Shown: one piece after another, positions 1 through 8,175 of the stretch
How the letters are laid out: each line of letters opens with the position of its first letter
How positions within the stretch are numbered: the first letter of the stretch is position 1
Virus record (IMG/VR): IMGVR_UViG_3300021594_000641
Span: 32,001-96,000 of that record
DNA: 64,000 bases
Reading direction: 5' to 3' (one strand)
From: a virus
The notes under the pieces: model-generated
Seen by the model: only the letters and a program-made list of their open reading frames with translations
Databases searched by the model: none
What the model was told of the DNA's origin: nothing
Made by a program: the position numbers and the translations under genes

Positions 1-1
1 A

Positions 2-1399
2 GTAAACCCTGAGCTCTACAGAATCTCTGGTAGTCGTGTTTTGAATTGCTGTAAGACACCTTCTGTGCATGTCAGGAAAGTTTCCATAGAGCAGAACAAA
101 CATTGTTATCTTTCCGCCTATGTGCGGAGAGTCTACGAGCCTGGTACCGGCGGATTGTCTGACCACAGGTCCGTTGAAAGCATCAACCATCAAGTTAGTT
201 CTTGGAGACGCCAGCTCTGGGGTCACTAGCTTTGGAGGACCTGTGTCTATTGTTTCCTTCTTGTTTACCGCCAAAGACAATTCAGTCACTGCGTAAGGTG
301 TTTCATTTATGGGCATGTCCAACATCTGTTCGCTCATGGTAGGTTCGCCTCCTTCCCTTAAAACGAACAAGCTGAACCTTTCCTCGCCTTGTTTAAAAGT
401 TATAGGCTGGGTTACATCTGGAAGCACCATACCCTCCAATAACGGCAAAGTGCCGTCTAGGTAATAACTCAAAACAGAACCTACCACTTTTTCAACAGTT
501 ATCATGTCCATGCACAGCGGAACCATCTGACCTTTTTCCGCCTGCACTGGATACGAGCAAAAACTTCTGTCTCCTTCAGCCCTTTGTACTTTATTTTTCC
601 AGCAGCCTTTCTTGGCGCAGCAGTCAAGCTTTCCTATGGTGTGAAGATATCTATGGCTTACAGGCAACAAATTTTGAACCGGCACCAGAGCGGGATTTCT
701 TTGGTGATACGCTTCCCACCACCATTCTTCCCTGCCAGCACCTGTTACTACGCAAGGCTTTCCAAAGGCTGCGGCTATGTGCATCGCTGAAGTGATTGTG
801 CAAATAACTCCGTCTGCGCTGTTTATCAGACGCATCATTTGTCTGATGTCTGTTTTTCCCACCATGTCTAAAACGTTGTTCAGTTTAGGGTGAGCGTGTG
901 TAGGATGACTTCCTTTACCGCCTACCTGAACAAACTTTATTCCAAAGGGCCTTAAAGAATCCACAACCTTCTGGCACCTGTCGTATATCCAGTGCTTTGT
1001 TGTAAAGTCGTTCTTACCCCCAGCCACTATTACCCAATAGCGTCCTTCTATCAAAGACTCTTGCTCTTCTTCGTTTAAATGTAAATCTGGATGAGGCTGA
1101 AGCAGAGACACTTTTATGTTAGTTTGTTTTTCAAAATCTTTATGGAAAGAGCTTATGAAATGAGTATGTTCTGTAGCCGCTTTTTTTATGTAAGCTCCGT
1201 ACGTTAGGTTTACTATCCTGGCGTTCTTCTTGTCAGGCATTGGCTTAACGTAAGGATTGTTAAGCCACACGTCTCTAAACGTAGTGTCTACATTTATGTG
1301 AAATCTTCCTGGGTAACTCTTCTCAAGATCGCGTGCAAGGGCGGTCATTACGACTATGTCGCCTAAAGCCCTTTGGTGCCTTAATATGATCTTTTCCAT
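2..1399 (-). CDS. Glycosyltransferase fusion: N-terminal GT9 (heptosyltransferase WaaF/RfaF-like) domain plus start of a GT2-like domain; 3-prime partial, not in ORF track
   Basis: Hand translation from ATG at 1399: MEKIILRHQRALGDIVVMTALARDL...WVIVAGGKNDFTTKHW...VQVGG...LDMVGKTDIRQMMRLINSADGVICTITSAMHIAAAFGKPCVV (GT9-type LGD and MHIAAAFGKP motifs), then GGKITMFVLLYGNFPDMHRRCLTAIQNT (GT-A/GT2-like start). The frame stays open to the window edge (466 codons). Confidence 0.85.
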   Translation of the reverse strand, partial: MEKIILRHQRALGDIVVMTALARDLEKSYPGRFHINVDTTFRDVWLNNPYVKPMPDKKNARIVNLTYGAYIKKAATEHTHFISSFHKDFEKQTNIKVSLLQPHPDLHLNEEEQESLIEGRYWVIVAGGKNDFTTKHWIYDRCQKVVDSLRPFGIKFVQVGGKGSHPTHAHPKLNNVLDMVGKTDIRQMMRLINSADGVICTITSAMHIAAAFGKPCVVTGAGREEWWWEAYHQRNPALVPVQNLLPVSHRYLHTIGKLDCCAKKGCWKNKVQRAEGDRSFCSYPVQAEKGQMVPLCMDMITVEKVVGSVLSYYLDGTLPLLEGMVLPDVTQPITFKQGEERFSLFVLREGGEPTMSEQMLDMPINETPYAVTELSLAVNKKETIDTGPPKLVTPELASPRTNLMVDAFNGPVVRQSAGTRLVDSPHIGGKITMFVLLYGNFPDMHRRCLTAIQNTTTRDSVELRVY

Positions 1400-1408
1400 T
1401 TAAGCCTT

Positions 1409-1855
1409 TCAAGACACCGGCTCGTACTTATCGCATTCCGTGCATACGGCTATATCTTTATAGTCACCAGCGCGCCTACATTTTTCAAACAAATTACACT
1501 TGTGCGTTACTGCGCCATTGCAACCGCAGCTTGAAGCTTTTTCTAGCGGTGGTCCTAGATGTACGCAAGGCACTCTAAGCCTTTGAATTTTTTCGTTAGC
1601 TGTTCCTTTGACGTTTATAGTTTTGGGTACTGGTACAGGGTTAGTGTAAGAGCTGCTAAGCTCAACGGGATGTCCCACCATTTCTGGATGGTTTTCTTGA
1701 ATGTATTTAATCAATTCTGCTTTGTAGGGTATGAAAGAAGCGCTAATCTTTAAAAAGTCCAAGCTGACGCTTCCAACAGGTGTCAGCTTGCCGTCGATTA
1801 CTCGCATCTTAACGTTGTGCTCTGCGCACTTAGCTAATATTTCTTGAGGTGTCAT
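1409..1855 (-). CDS. Hypothetical protein with small N-terminal helical domain and C-terminal Cys cluster
   Basis: Start moved to ATG 1855 (ATGA overlap with upstream stop at 1852-1854). C-terminus CVHL..SCGC..HKCNLFEKC..VCTEC. Confidence 0.65.
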   Translation of the reverse strand: MTPQEILAKCAEHNVKMRVIDGKLTPVGSVSLDFLKISASFIPYKAELIKYIQENHPEMVGHPVELSSSYTNPVPVPKTINVKGTANEKIQRLRVPCVHLGPPLEKASSCGCNGAVTHKCNLFEKCRRAGDYKDIAVCTECDKYEPVS

Positions 1856-3279
1856 CGGCACTCCATTTGGTACGTTTGACCTTCTGTCGGATACGGTGAA
1901 AGTGTAGCAGGGTCTGGAGGAGACGGACAAGAGCACGTGTAACCCATGTTACTGTGACAATTAGACGAATCCAAAACCCAAGCCTCAAACAAAGAACTGA
2001 AAACGTAAGTGCATATACCAGAACAGATATACTGGTTAACGCTTACGGCATTAGTACCAAAATTTCCGCAACTTGGAGTTGTGCCTGTGCCCGTGTAGCA
2101 CAATTCTGGAAGAATGTCTGGGTTAGGAAACTTCATCGCGTAGATAAATACGCGAGCTTGTAACATAGCAAAATCAACTTGCATAACGTATGGAGTAGCG
2201 TCAGAAACAACAGTTACGGAGCTAGCTACCTCGTAGGCGTATGGGAAACTCGTAGCCCTAAGCACAAAGCACAAGCTACCGTTACCAACATCTTTAGCTA
2301 TAATCTCATAGCCTGCGCTAGAAAACACTCCTAACTGCACTTTTTGATAGACAGTATCGCCTTCACCTGGACAACCTAAATTAAAGTAGTTGTCTAAGAC
2401 TAAAAAGTGATCTGCCGTGACACTGTTTTGTCCCGTCTTCTTGCCGTAAAGGCAATTACACTTTAGTTGCGCGCCTGAGCTGGCGCAGCCGCTGGTGTAA
2501 GTATCTCCGTTTTTTAGTCCTGGAACCGTCCACCAAGGAGGAGGCCCAACACAAGCGCAGTTGTTGTAGAACAAAGCTCTAAAGCATGTAAACATCCTGG
2601 TGCCGTCAAAAAACGAGCAGACAGGACCCGTCACAGACAAACCAGGCAAAGACTCCACTTCTGGCCCACAGCCTTCAAACCAAGGAGACGTTCCAGCGTT
2701 TATTTTTACGAATCTAAGATCGCCGTGGCAAACTACAGAAGATGGACTGACTGGTATAAAATCACTAGCGTAGCTTCTTCCGCAAGGTAGACACAGGTCG
2801 GCATCTTTTCTAACTAACGAAGTACTGACGTTAAAATAAGGTTGCCAGTACGAGCCGACTAAAACATTGAATTGCAGGTCTACCTGCGCTGTCGTGTTGT
2901 TTATCTGAGTAAACTTAGCCAAAATTTCTAAGAGAATAGAGCCGCCATCGCTGGTAGGCCTGGAACTTCTCTCCGCTCTACCTACCCAAATGTTAGCTGC
3001 GTACTCTTCACCTTCGCCTACAGGTGGGCAGGCTAGTTGTATTTCTGTTTCTTCAAAACCCCAAAACCAACTAGGAGACGGATAGTTGGAGTTCTCGTTA
3101 ACATATGTTTGATTGCCGGTGTTCAGACGGCAGGGGACGGTATAGAACGAAAAAGATATTCGGCCTGTTTTCATAGGCCAGCCAGCATTGCACAAAGAGC
3201 ATTCAAGAAAAGTACCGATTACTTCGTAGTAATCTTGTTTGCACAGATTGTATGCTACGGACTGAGTTTCTTGCGGCAT
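1852..3279 (-). CDS. Cys-rich putative tail-fibre/receptor-binding-associated protein
   Basis: 475 aa, 26 Cys by hand count, rich in beta-strand-forming and aromatic residues. Translationally coupled within the fibre operon. Confidence 0.55.
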   Translation of the reverse strand: MPQETQSVAYNLCKQDYYEVIGTFLECSLCNAGWPMKTGRISFSFYTVPCRLNTGNQTYVNENSNYPSPSWFWGFEETEIQLACPPVGEGEEYAANIWVGRAERSSRPTSDGGSILLEILAKFTQINNTTAQVDLQFNVLVGSYWQPYFNVSTSLVRKDADLCLPCGRSYASDFIPVSPSSVVCHGDLRFVKINAGTSPWFEGCGPEVESLPGLSVTGPVCSFFDGTRMFTCFRALFYNNCACVGPPPWWTVPGLKNGDTYTSGCASSGAQLKCNCLYGKKTGQNSVTADHFLVLDNYFNLGCPGEGDTVYQKVQLGVFSSAGYEIIAKDVGNGSLCFVLRATSFPYAYEVASSVTVVSDATPYVMQVDFAMLQARVFIYAMKFPNPDILPELCYTGTGTTPSCGNFGTNAVSVNQYICSGICTYVFSSLFEAWVLDSSNCHSNMGYTCSCPSPPDPATLSPYPTEGQTYQMECR

Positions 3280-4520
3280 TACGGCACCAGATAGGCAGCG
3301 AAGTTACCCATGCTTATAACTCTTTCTACAGTTTCGTTTGAGTTTAGAATTTTCAATTTTAAACGCGCTCCCCAATCACCTCTAGGTGAACCGCAAAGAA
3401 AATAGGTTTTGTCTGGAAAACATATGCCCCTAATCTGCGGATTCCAGGTGTTTCCAATAGTGTTGTTCGGCCTCCAGAATCTTTTAGAACATATCCTTGG
3501 AGACTTAAGAGAACCAGGGCTTGCAGGGCTAGCTACCATATAAATGTGAACGTCAACGCTGTGAGCGTCCTTCCATCGCTTAACTGGCGGTTGAGGGTTT
3601 TCTGAAGATGTCCAGTCTATAGGCAGGTTTCCTGGGTCTGCCGCTGTCTGCGCTCCTTGGTCATTAGCTCCAACATAAAAGTTATTATTGAAAAAAATCA
3701 TATGACAAAGCCCGATGTACTGCCCTAAAGGCGTTCCGCTACTGTTGTAAGCGGTTATAGGCGTACAAAACGGTATCAGCCCTTTACCTGTGGGCAACCA
3801 GGTAGTAACTGGTGTCGCGCCCGAGTCTTCCCACCAGTCAGTTGCTTGAAAAGGTTGTGGTACGTCTGCATTCGTCCATATGTGTTTTGCTGGATAGCTG
3901 AATCCAAGGCTGTCTTTAGGACAGTTTGGTTCGCCGTCCGTAGTCATGTCCGTAACGCCTTCATCCGTAAAACACCAGTTAAGGTAGTTAGAATACTGCG
4001 CATCGCAAGACGTTCTTCTTTTAACTGTGTAATAAGCGTGATAGTTAGCTATACCAGGACCAACAGCGTACATTGGCGGGTCAAGCGGGTTTTCTATTTC
4101 TGGAGGGTGCGCGGCTGCTGAGTTAAGCTGTGGTGGGCTAAAAGGCGGGTGAGTTCTTCTAAACTTCCATTTGTCCAAGTCTGCGCTTGAAAAACGCAAA
4201 GTCGGCAAACTTTTAACTCTGTAAGGATTATGCTGATTTATTAAGTTTTCTCCAGAATGCCCGTAGACTGCTCCTGTTTTTTCGCTACCTATTCTCGAAG
4301 AGAGCGGAAGAAACAAGTCTTGTATGTAGCCGCTTTCAAGGGACTCAGGGTAAAACTGAGCTGAAGCACAGTTTCCTAAGTTATAAACTATAGGGTAGCT
4401 GCCTGTTTGAGAGCTGTGAAAAACATGTACGGTAGCTGTCTTGAAAGGTTCACAGACATATGACTGCTGAGAACCCCCACCACATTTGGCTAACAGTCTA
4501 TGTGCTGATCTGCCTCGCAT
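3279..4520 (-). CDS. Putative tail-fibre-associated virion protein
   Basis: 413 aa, AGGAG RBS, rich in Pro/Trp/Cys, lies in the fibre gene cluster. Confidence 0.5.
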   Translation of the reverse strand: MRGRSAHRLLAKCGGGSQQSYVCEPFKTATVHVFHSSQTGSYPIVYNLGNCASAQFYPESLESGYIQDLFLPLSSRIGSEKTGAVYGHSGENLINQHNPYRVKSLPTLRFSSADLDKWKFRRTHPPFSPPQLNSAAAHPPEIENPLDPPMYAVGPGIANYHAYYTVKRRTSCDAQYSNYLNWCFTDEGVTDMTTDGEPNCPKDSLGFSYPAKHIWTNADVPQPFQATDWWEDSGATPVTTWLPTGKGLIPFCTPITAYNSSGTPLGQYIGLCHMIFFNNNFYVGANDQGAQTAADPGNLPIDWTSSENPQPPVKRWKDAHSVDVHIYMVASPASPGSLKSPRICSKRFWRPNNTIGNTWNPQIRGICFPDKTYFLCGSPRGDWGARLKLKILNSNETVERVISMGNFAAYLVP

Positions 4521-4533
4521 AAATCAACTCCTA

Positions 4534-5547
4534 TTAACCTTCAGGAGGTGGTGGTTCTTCTGTAGTGGTTGTAGTGGTAGGTTCCTCAGTTGTAGTAGTT
4601 GTAGTTGTAGTGCCGCAGTTGTTTAAACAGTTCTGCATTGTTGAGTATCTTTGACTACTACTAGACGGTGTTCGCATAAAGTAATCACAGCCAACCACAG
4701 ATTGCTGCAAGGTCGGGTTGTAATAATTGTGGCAGTAAAATCCAGGACCTTGATTAATGTAACAAGCGGCTAAACAAGCTTCTTGAGTTGGATAAGCGTC
4801 CTTCGTTGATCCCGATGGTCGGGCGTCTGATTGAACACAGTTACCAGACACACACCACCACGGGTTAGGCGTATTACCGCCTCCTGCGCAAGCCGAATTA
4901 CAGTCGCTTGTTGATGCGTAAGGACCGCTCAAAACCGTCACAACACCGCTAACCCCTGGGAAAAACCAAGAGGTAACGCAGCCATACGTATCACTTTGCT
5001 CGTAGCGTACGCACCAGGTGGGTGGGCGGTCGTTGGGTCCTGGCTCGCAGGCGCCCGTGACGTAACCTCCCCACGAGGTTATTTCAAAAGGCATTTGGCA
5101 TATGCCGTTGTTGACTATTCCACTCATGTTGAATGTGACGTTTCCAGACCCATCAGTAGAGCACGAGCCTGTAACAGACGTAGCATTAGTTACTTTCCAT
5201 CTGTCAGTAAACGCTGAACCAGACAGGCTAGAGCCTTTACAAATGGGATAAAAGTCGTTTGCAGTGCTGGCTATAAACAAGCCAAAACTGTTTATGCCTG
5301 GAGCTGAGTAACTTATGCTTGGGCACGGACTCGTACGCCACAATGTCACAGGAGTTTCGCTTAATGGCCAATTTAACGAAGACTGACAAAATGAGTTAGG
5401 AAAAAAAGGATTAATGCTTGTAGCTGGGCCTATAGTGCCACTGAAATACAGAGGAAAGTCACAACAAAAACCGCAGCATAACCTAGACTGAGGAGCCGCG
5501 GTATCTAATGCTTCGGAACCTGTGCAATTAAAAGACTGCGTTGTCAT
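4534..5547 (-). CDS. Cys-rich protein with three 4-Cys repeats and a Thr/Glu/Pro C-terminal tail (putative fibre tip)
   Basis: Start moved to ATG 5547 (ATGA overlap). 23 Cys in 337 aa; ends CGTTTTTTTTEEPTTTTTTEEPPPPEG. Confidence 0.65.
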   Translation of the reverse strand: MTTQSFNCTGSEALDTAAPQSRLCCGFCCDFPLYFSGTIGPATSINPFFPNSFCQSSLNWPLSETPVTLWRTSPCPSISYSAPGINSFGLFIASTANDFYPICKGSSLSGSAFTDRWKVTNATSVTGSCSTDGSGNVTFNMSGIVNNGICQMPFEITSWGGYVTGACEPGPNDRPPTWCVRYEQSDTYGCVTSWFFPGVSGVVTVLSGPYASTSDCNSACAGGGNTPNPWWCVSGNCVQSDARPSGSTKDAYPTQEACLAACYINQGPGFYCHNYYNPTLQQSVVGCDYFMRTPSSSSQRYSTMQNCLNNCGTTTTTTTTEEPTTTTTTEEPPPPEG

Positions 5548-6356
5548 GATTGGTACTGCACAATCAGTTGGTTGCCCTGACAATAAACACCAGTAACTAT
5601 AGAACCATAATAGGTTTGAGGGCAACAGGCCATAGGTGTCTCTGTGCCGTCGCTGCCGTCCGCTCCGTCTGAACCATCGTCTCCTTTTATATTTGTATCA
5701 CGAGGCCCCCAGTTTCCATTCTTTTTCTTATAAACATCACCTCTACCAACATTTCCGTAAACTCCTGACCCTAGATAAGTTTCTCCTCTGTTTAGGTAAA
5801 AGTCGTTGTCTCTACCTATTGAGTTTGACGGAGGACCGTAACCGGATAGCCAGATACTTGGCTTGGGCACACCAAATTTAAAAGTAAGTACGCTGCCACA
5901 CTTGTCTTCAGACGGATACTTATCTCTTTTCTTAACAGAGGCTGTAGGTATCTCAGCAGCTGGTAGAGAAGAAGCTGAAGCTTCAAAGTCAAAATCTGGA
6001 CAAGGCAGCGATAGGCTTATCTGAAAATCATTGTCGTATTCGCATATGGACGAGCTAGAACTTTTATCAAGATTTACTATGAATCTTGGATTTGTAGCTT
6101 TCTTGGAGTATTCAATCTTTGACCCTGTGACGTTTAGATTGACTCTAGGGCAGGGTCCGTCCAGACCAGGCAAGCCTGCAACTCCGGCTGGCCCTACAGG
6201 GCCTATCTGCGGAAGGTCTATGTCTAAAACAGGGCAGTCCATTATAGGGGGCGGAATAAACGGTATTTCGCAGTCATCAACATAGGCAAAGGCATCAGCC
6301 GGTATTGCTGCTATGGATGAGATGCTGCATTTGCTTGTGTCAAAAATAGCTGGCAT
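5544..6356 (-). CDS. Tail fibre protein with short collagen-like segments
   Basis: GPVGPAGVAGLPGLDGP and GDDGSDGADGSDG G-x-x triplets; fibre-type segment WLSGYGPPSNSIGRDNDFYL...GDVYKKKNGNW..IKG. Confidence 0.7.
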   Translation of the reverse strand: MPAIFDTSKCSISSIAAIPADAFAYVDDCEIPFIPPPIMDCPVLDIDLPQIGPVGPAGVAGLPGLDGPCPRVNLNVTGSKIEYSKKATNPRFIVNLDKSSSSSICEYDNDFQISLSLPCPDFDFEASASSLPAAEIPTASVKKRDKYPSEDKCGSVLTFKFGVPKPSIWLSGYGPPSNSIGRDNDFYLNRGETYLGSGVYGNVGRGDVYKKKNGNWGPRDTNIKGDDGSDGADGSDGTETPMACCPQTYYGSIVTGVYCQGNQLIVQYQS

Positions 6357-6376
6357 GTCTGGTTTCCTCAGGATAC

Positions 6377-7393
6377 TTACGCAGGGCAGCCAGCTAGTCC
6401 GTGACTGTCGCCTGATATGATTATCGTGTGCGCGTCGTTTCCTGGTTTTACCTCAACTCCTTGTCCGCCCACTATCCGCACTACCTTACCGCTAACTCCG
6501 TTTATTGATTGAAATATTTCTTTGCAGGCGGGTCCGCCTGTGTAGAACAAGCCTCCGTCTGGAGAAACTTCTTCTGGATAAAATTTAAACTCAGAACAAG
6601 GCTCTCCTTCTCCTGCGCCTACTTCTCCACCTATTGTCATGGAATTATCGTTAGAGTTTAACCTGAGGGTGCAGTTGAATCCTGGTTTTATTTTAACGTC
6701 TCCAAACAAGCACTCAGACTGCACATACACTAAATCGTCTACAGGCTCTACGTTGTCGCATCCAGCGACATTTGTTACCACGGTCCTAGACCTGTTAGCC
6801 ACGTTTATTGTTCTAACGTAGCCATCTGACAAATTTTGAATCAAAGCAGGCTCTACGTATATACCTTTAGTATTGTCAGCTACGGATTCTCCGTCAGGAG
6901 CCGCGTCAGCATAAAGAATAAAATTTTCTCCAGACTTGTGCAGCAAACCGTCATACACGGTTTTCCAAGTCAAAATAGTAGTGGGTATAAAAGAAAGATC
7001 GGCATAAGCCAGCTTTCCTATAACCATGAAGCCTTCCCATTTCACATCGTCGTTGCAGTACCCTTCCACCTGCGACTGCGTAAGATACTCTTCAGAAACA
7101 ATCTCGTTTGAAAATTGAGTAGCGTATTCAGGATCGCCAGTTCTGAACCTAAAAACCAAAGACTTACCAACTAATCCTGGAGCATCGCATTTAAAATGAA
7201 AAGTATAGTCGTCAGAAACTTTAGTTATTTGGTACAGCCATACTTTATGCGTTCCTGGAACAAACCCAGAGTTAGCCCGCATGGTACAGCCAAAGTCCAC
7301 TATGGCTTTGTTTGATAGAACAAAAGCTCCAGAGTCCTTTACAAAAGGATAAGCCCTAAACTCGTTATCAGAATAAAAACCTGCTCTGCTCAT
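6377..7393 (-). CDS. Baseplate/tail-fibre paralog family member
   Basis: N-terminal FYSDNEFRAYPF motif and QSINGVSG motif shared with neighbouring paralogs. Confidence 0.6.
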   Translation of the reverse strand: MSRAGFYSDNEFRAYPFVKDSGAFVLSNKAIVDFGCTMRANSGFVPGTHKVWLYQITKVSDDYTFHFKCDAPGLVGKSLVFRFRTGDPEYATQFSNEIVSEEYLTQSQVEGYCNDDVKWEGFMVIGKLAYADLSFIPTTILTWKTVYDGLLHKSGENFILYADAAPDGESVADNTKGIYVEPALIQNLSDGYVRTINVANRSRTVVTNVAGCDNVEPVDDLVYVQSECLFGDVKIKPGFNCTLRLNSNDNSMTIGGEVGAGEGEPCSEFKFYPEEVSPDGGLFYTGGPACKEIFQSINGVSGKVVRIVGGQGVEVKPGNDAHTIIISGDSHGLAGCPA

Positions 7394-8163
7394 TAGTTTC
7401 CTCCCAGCTGCTGACCGGCCAGTTCGATTCTTATCGAGTTTCCTCCGGCTTCTGGGTAAATCCTAAGAATAGTGTCTGCTGCTATTTCGTTATTAACAGA
7501 TAGCTGGAAGTCTCCGTAGCTGTTTGGCGGTATGTTATTTATTGTCTTTACAAAATTAGGAGTTGTGAAGAACTCTGTGCTTGAGCACAGCTTTCTTTTA
7601 AAGAGCGGATCACCTATCAAATCTATTCGTATAGAGTCGTCAGTGTCTTGCCTGACAGCTACTCCATTTTCTCCAACAAGCCAGATGTCGCCTGTAACCA
7701 CCGACCCGTCTGGAAGCAAAAATCCACTAACGTGATTTTGTGGCATAGGTATTACGGTAGAAGCCACAAACTCGGCGTTTATACCAAAGTCATGATCTCC
7801 GCTTTGCCAACTTTGAAAAACAGACAGTCTTTGTTCATCACTAACTATTATTCCCGCAGACCTTCCGTGTTTGTCGTAGAGAGGAACTTCTCCCACATCT
7901 CCAAGAGGGTCGAATGTTCCTGTTATTAAAACAGTGCCTGACGAGTTTCCTATAGTTAATATAACTTCCCGTATTTGAACTGATATTTTTTTAAGATACA
8001 TAGGAGACGCTAACCCAGCAGGGTATATGGCAGCGTCCAAAAAAATATCTTTGGGTAGGTCGTATCCGGTGTCTGCTTTAAGGCTTGAGGAGTCAGAAAA
8101 CGGATATCTGGTATCAGCCAGCTCGTCCCTATACTCAAGACCAAAGACTCTTTCTACTGACAT
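7393..8163 (-). CDS. Baseplate/tail-fibre paralog family member
   Basis: YRDELADTRYPFSDS and KTINNIPPNSYGDFQL motifs. Confidence 0.6.
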   Translation of the reverse strand: MSVERVFGLEYRDELADTRYPFSDSSSLKADTGYDLPKDIFLDAAIYPAGLASPMYLKKISVQIREVILTIGNSSGTVLITGTFDPLGDVGEVPLYDKHGRSAGIIVSDEQRLSVFQSWQSGDHDFGINAEFVASTVIPMPQNHVSGFLLPDGSVVTGDIWLVGENGVAVRQDTDDSIRIDLIGDPLFKRKLCSSTEFFTTPNFVKTINNIPPNSYGDFQLSVNNEIAADTILRIYPEAGGNSIRIELAGQQLGGN

Positions 8164-8175
8164 GGCTGTCTCCGG

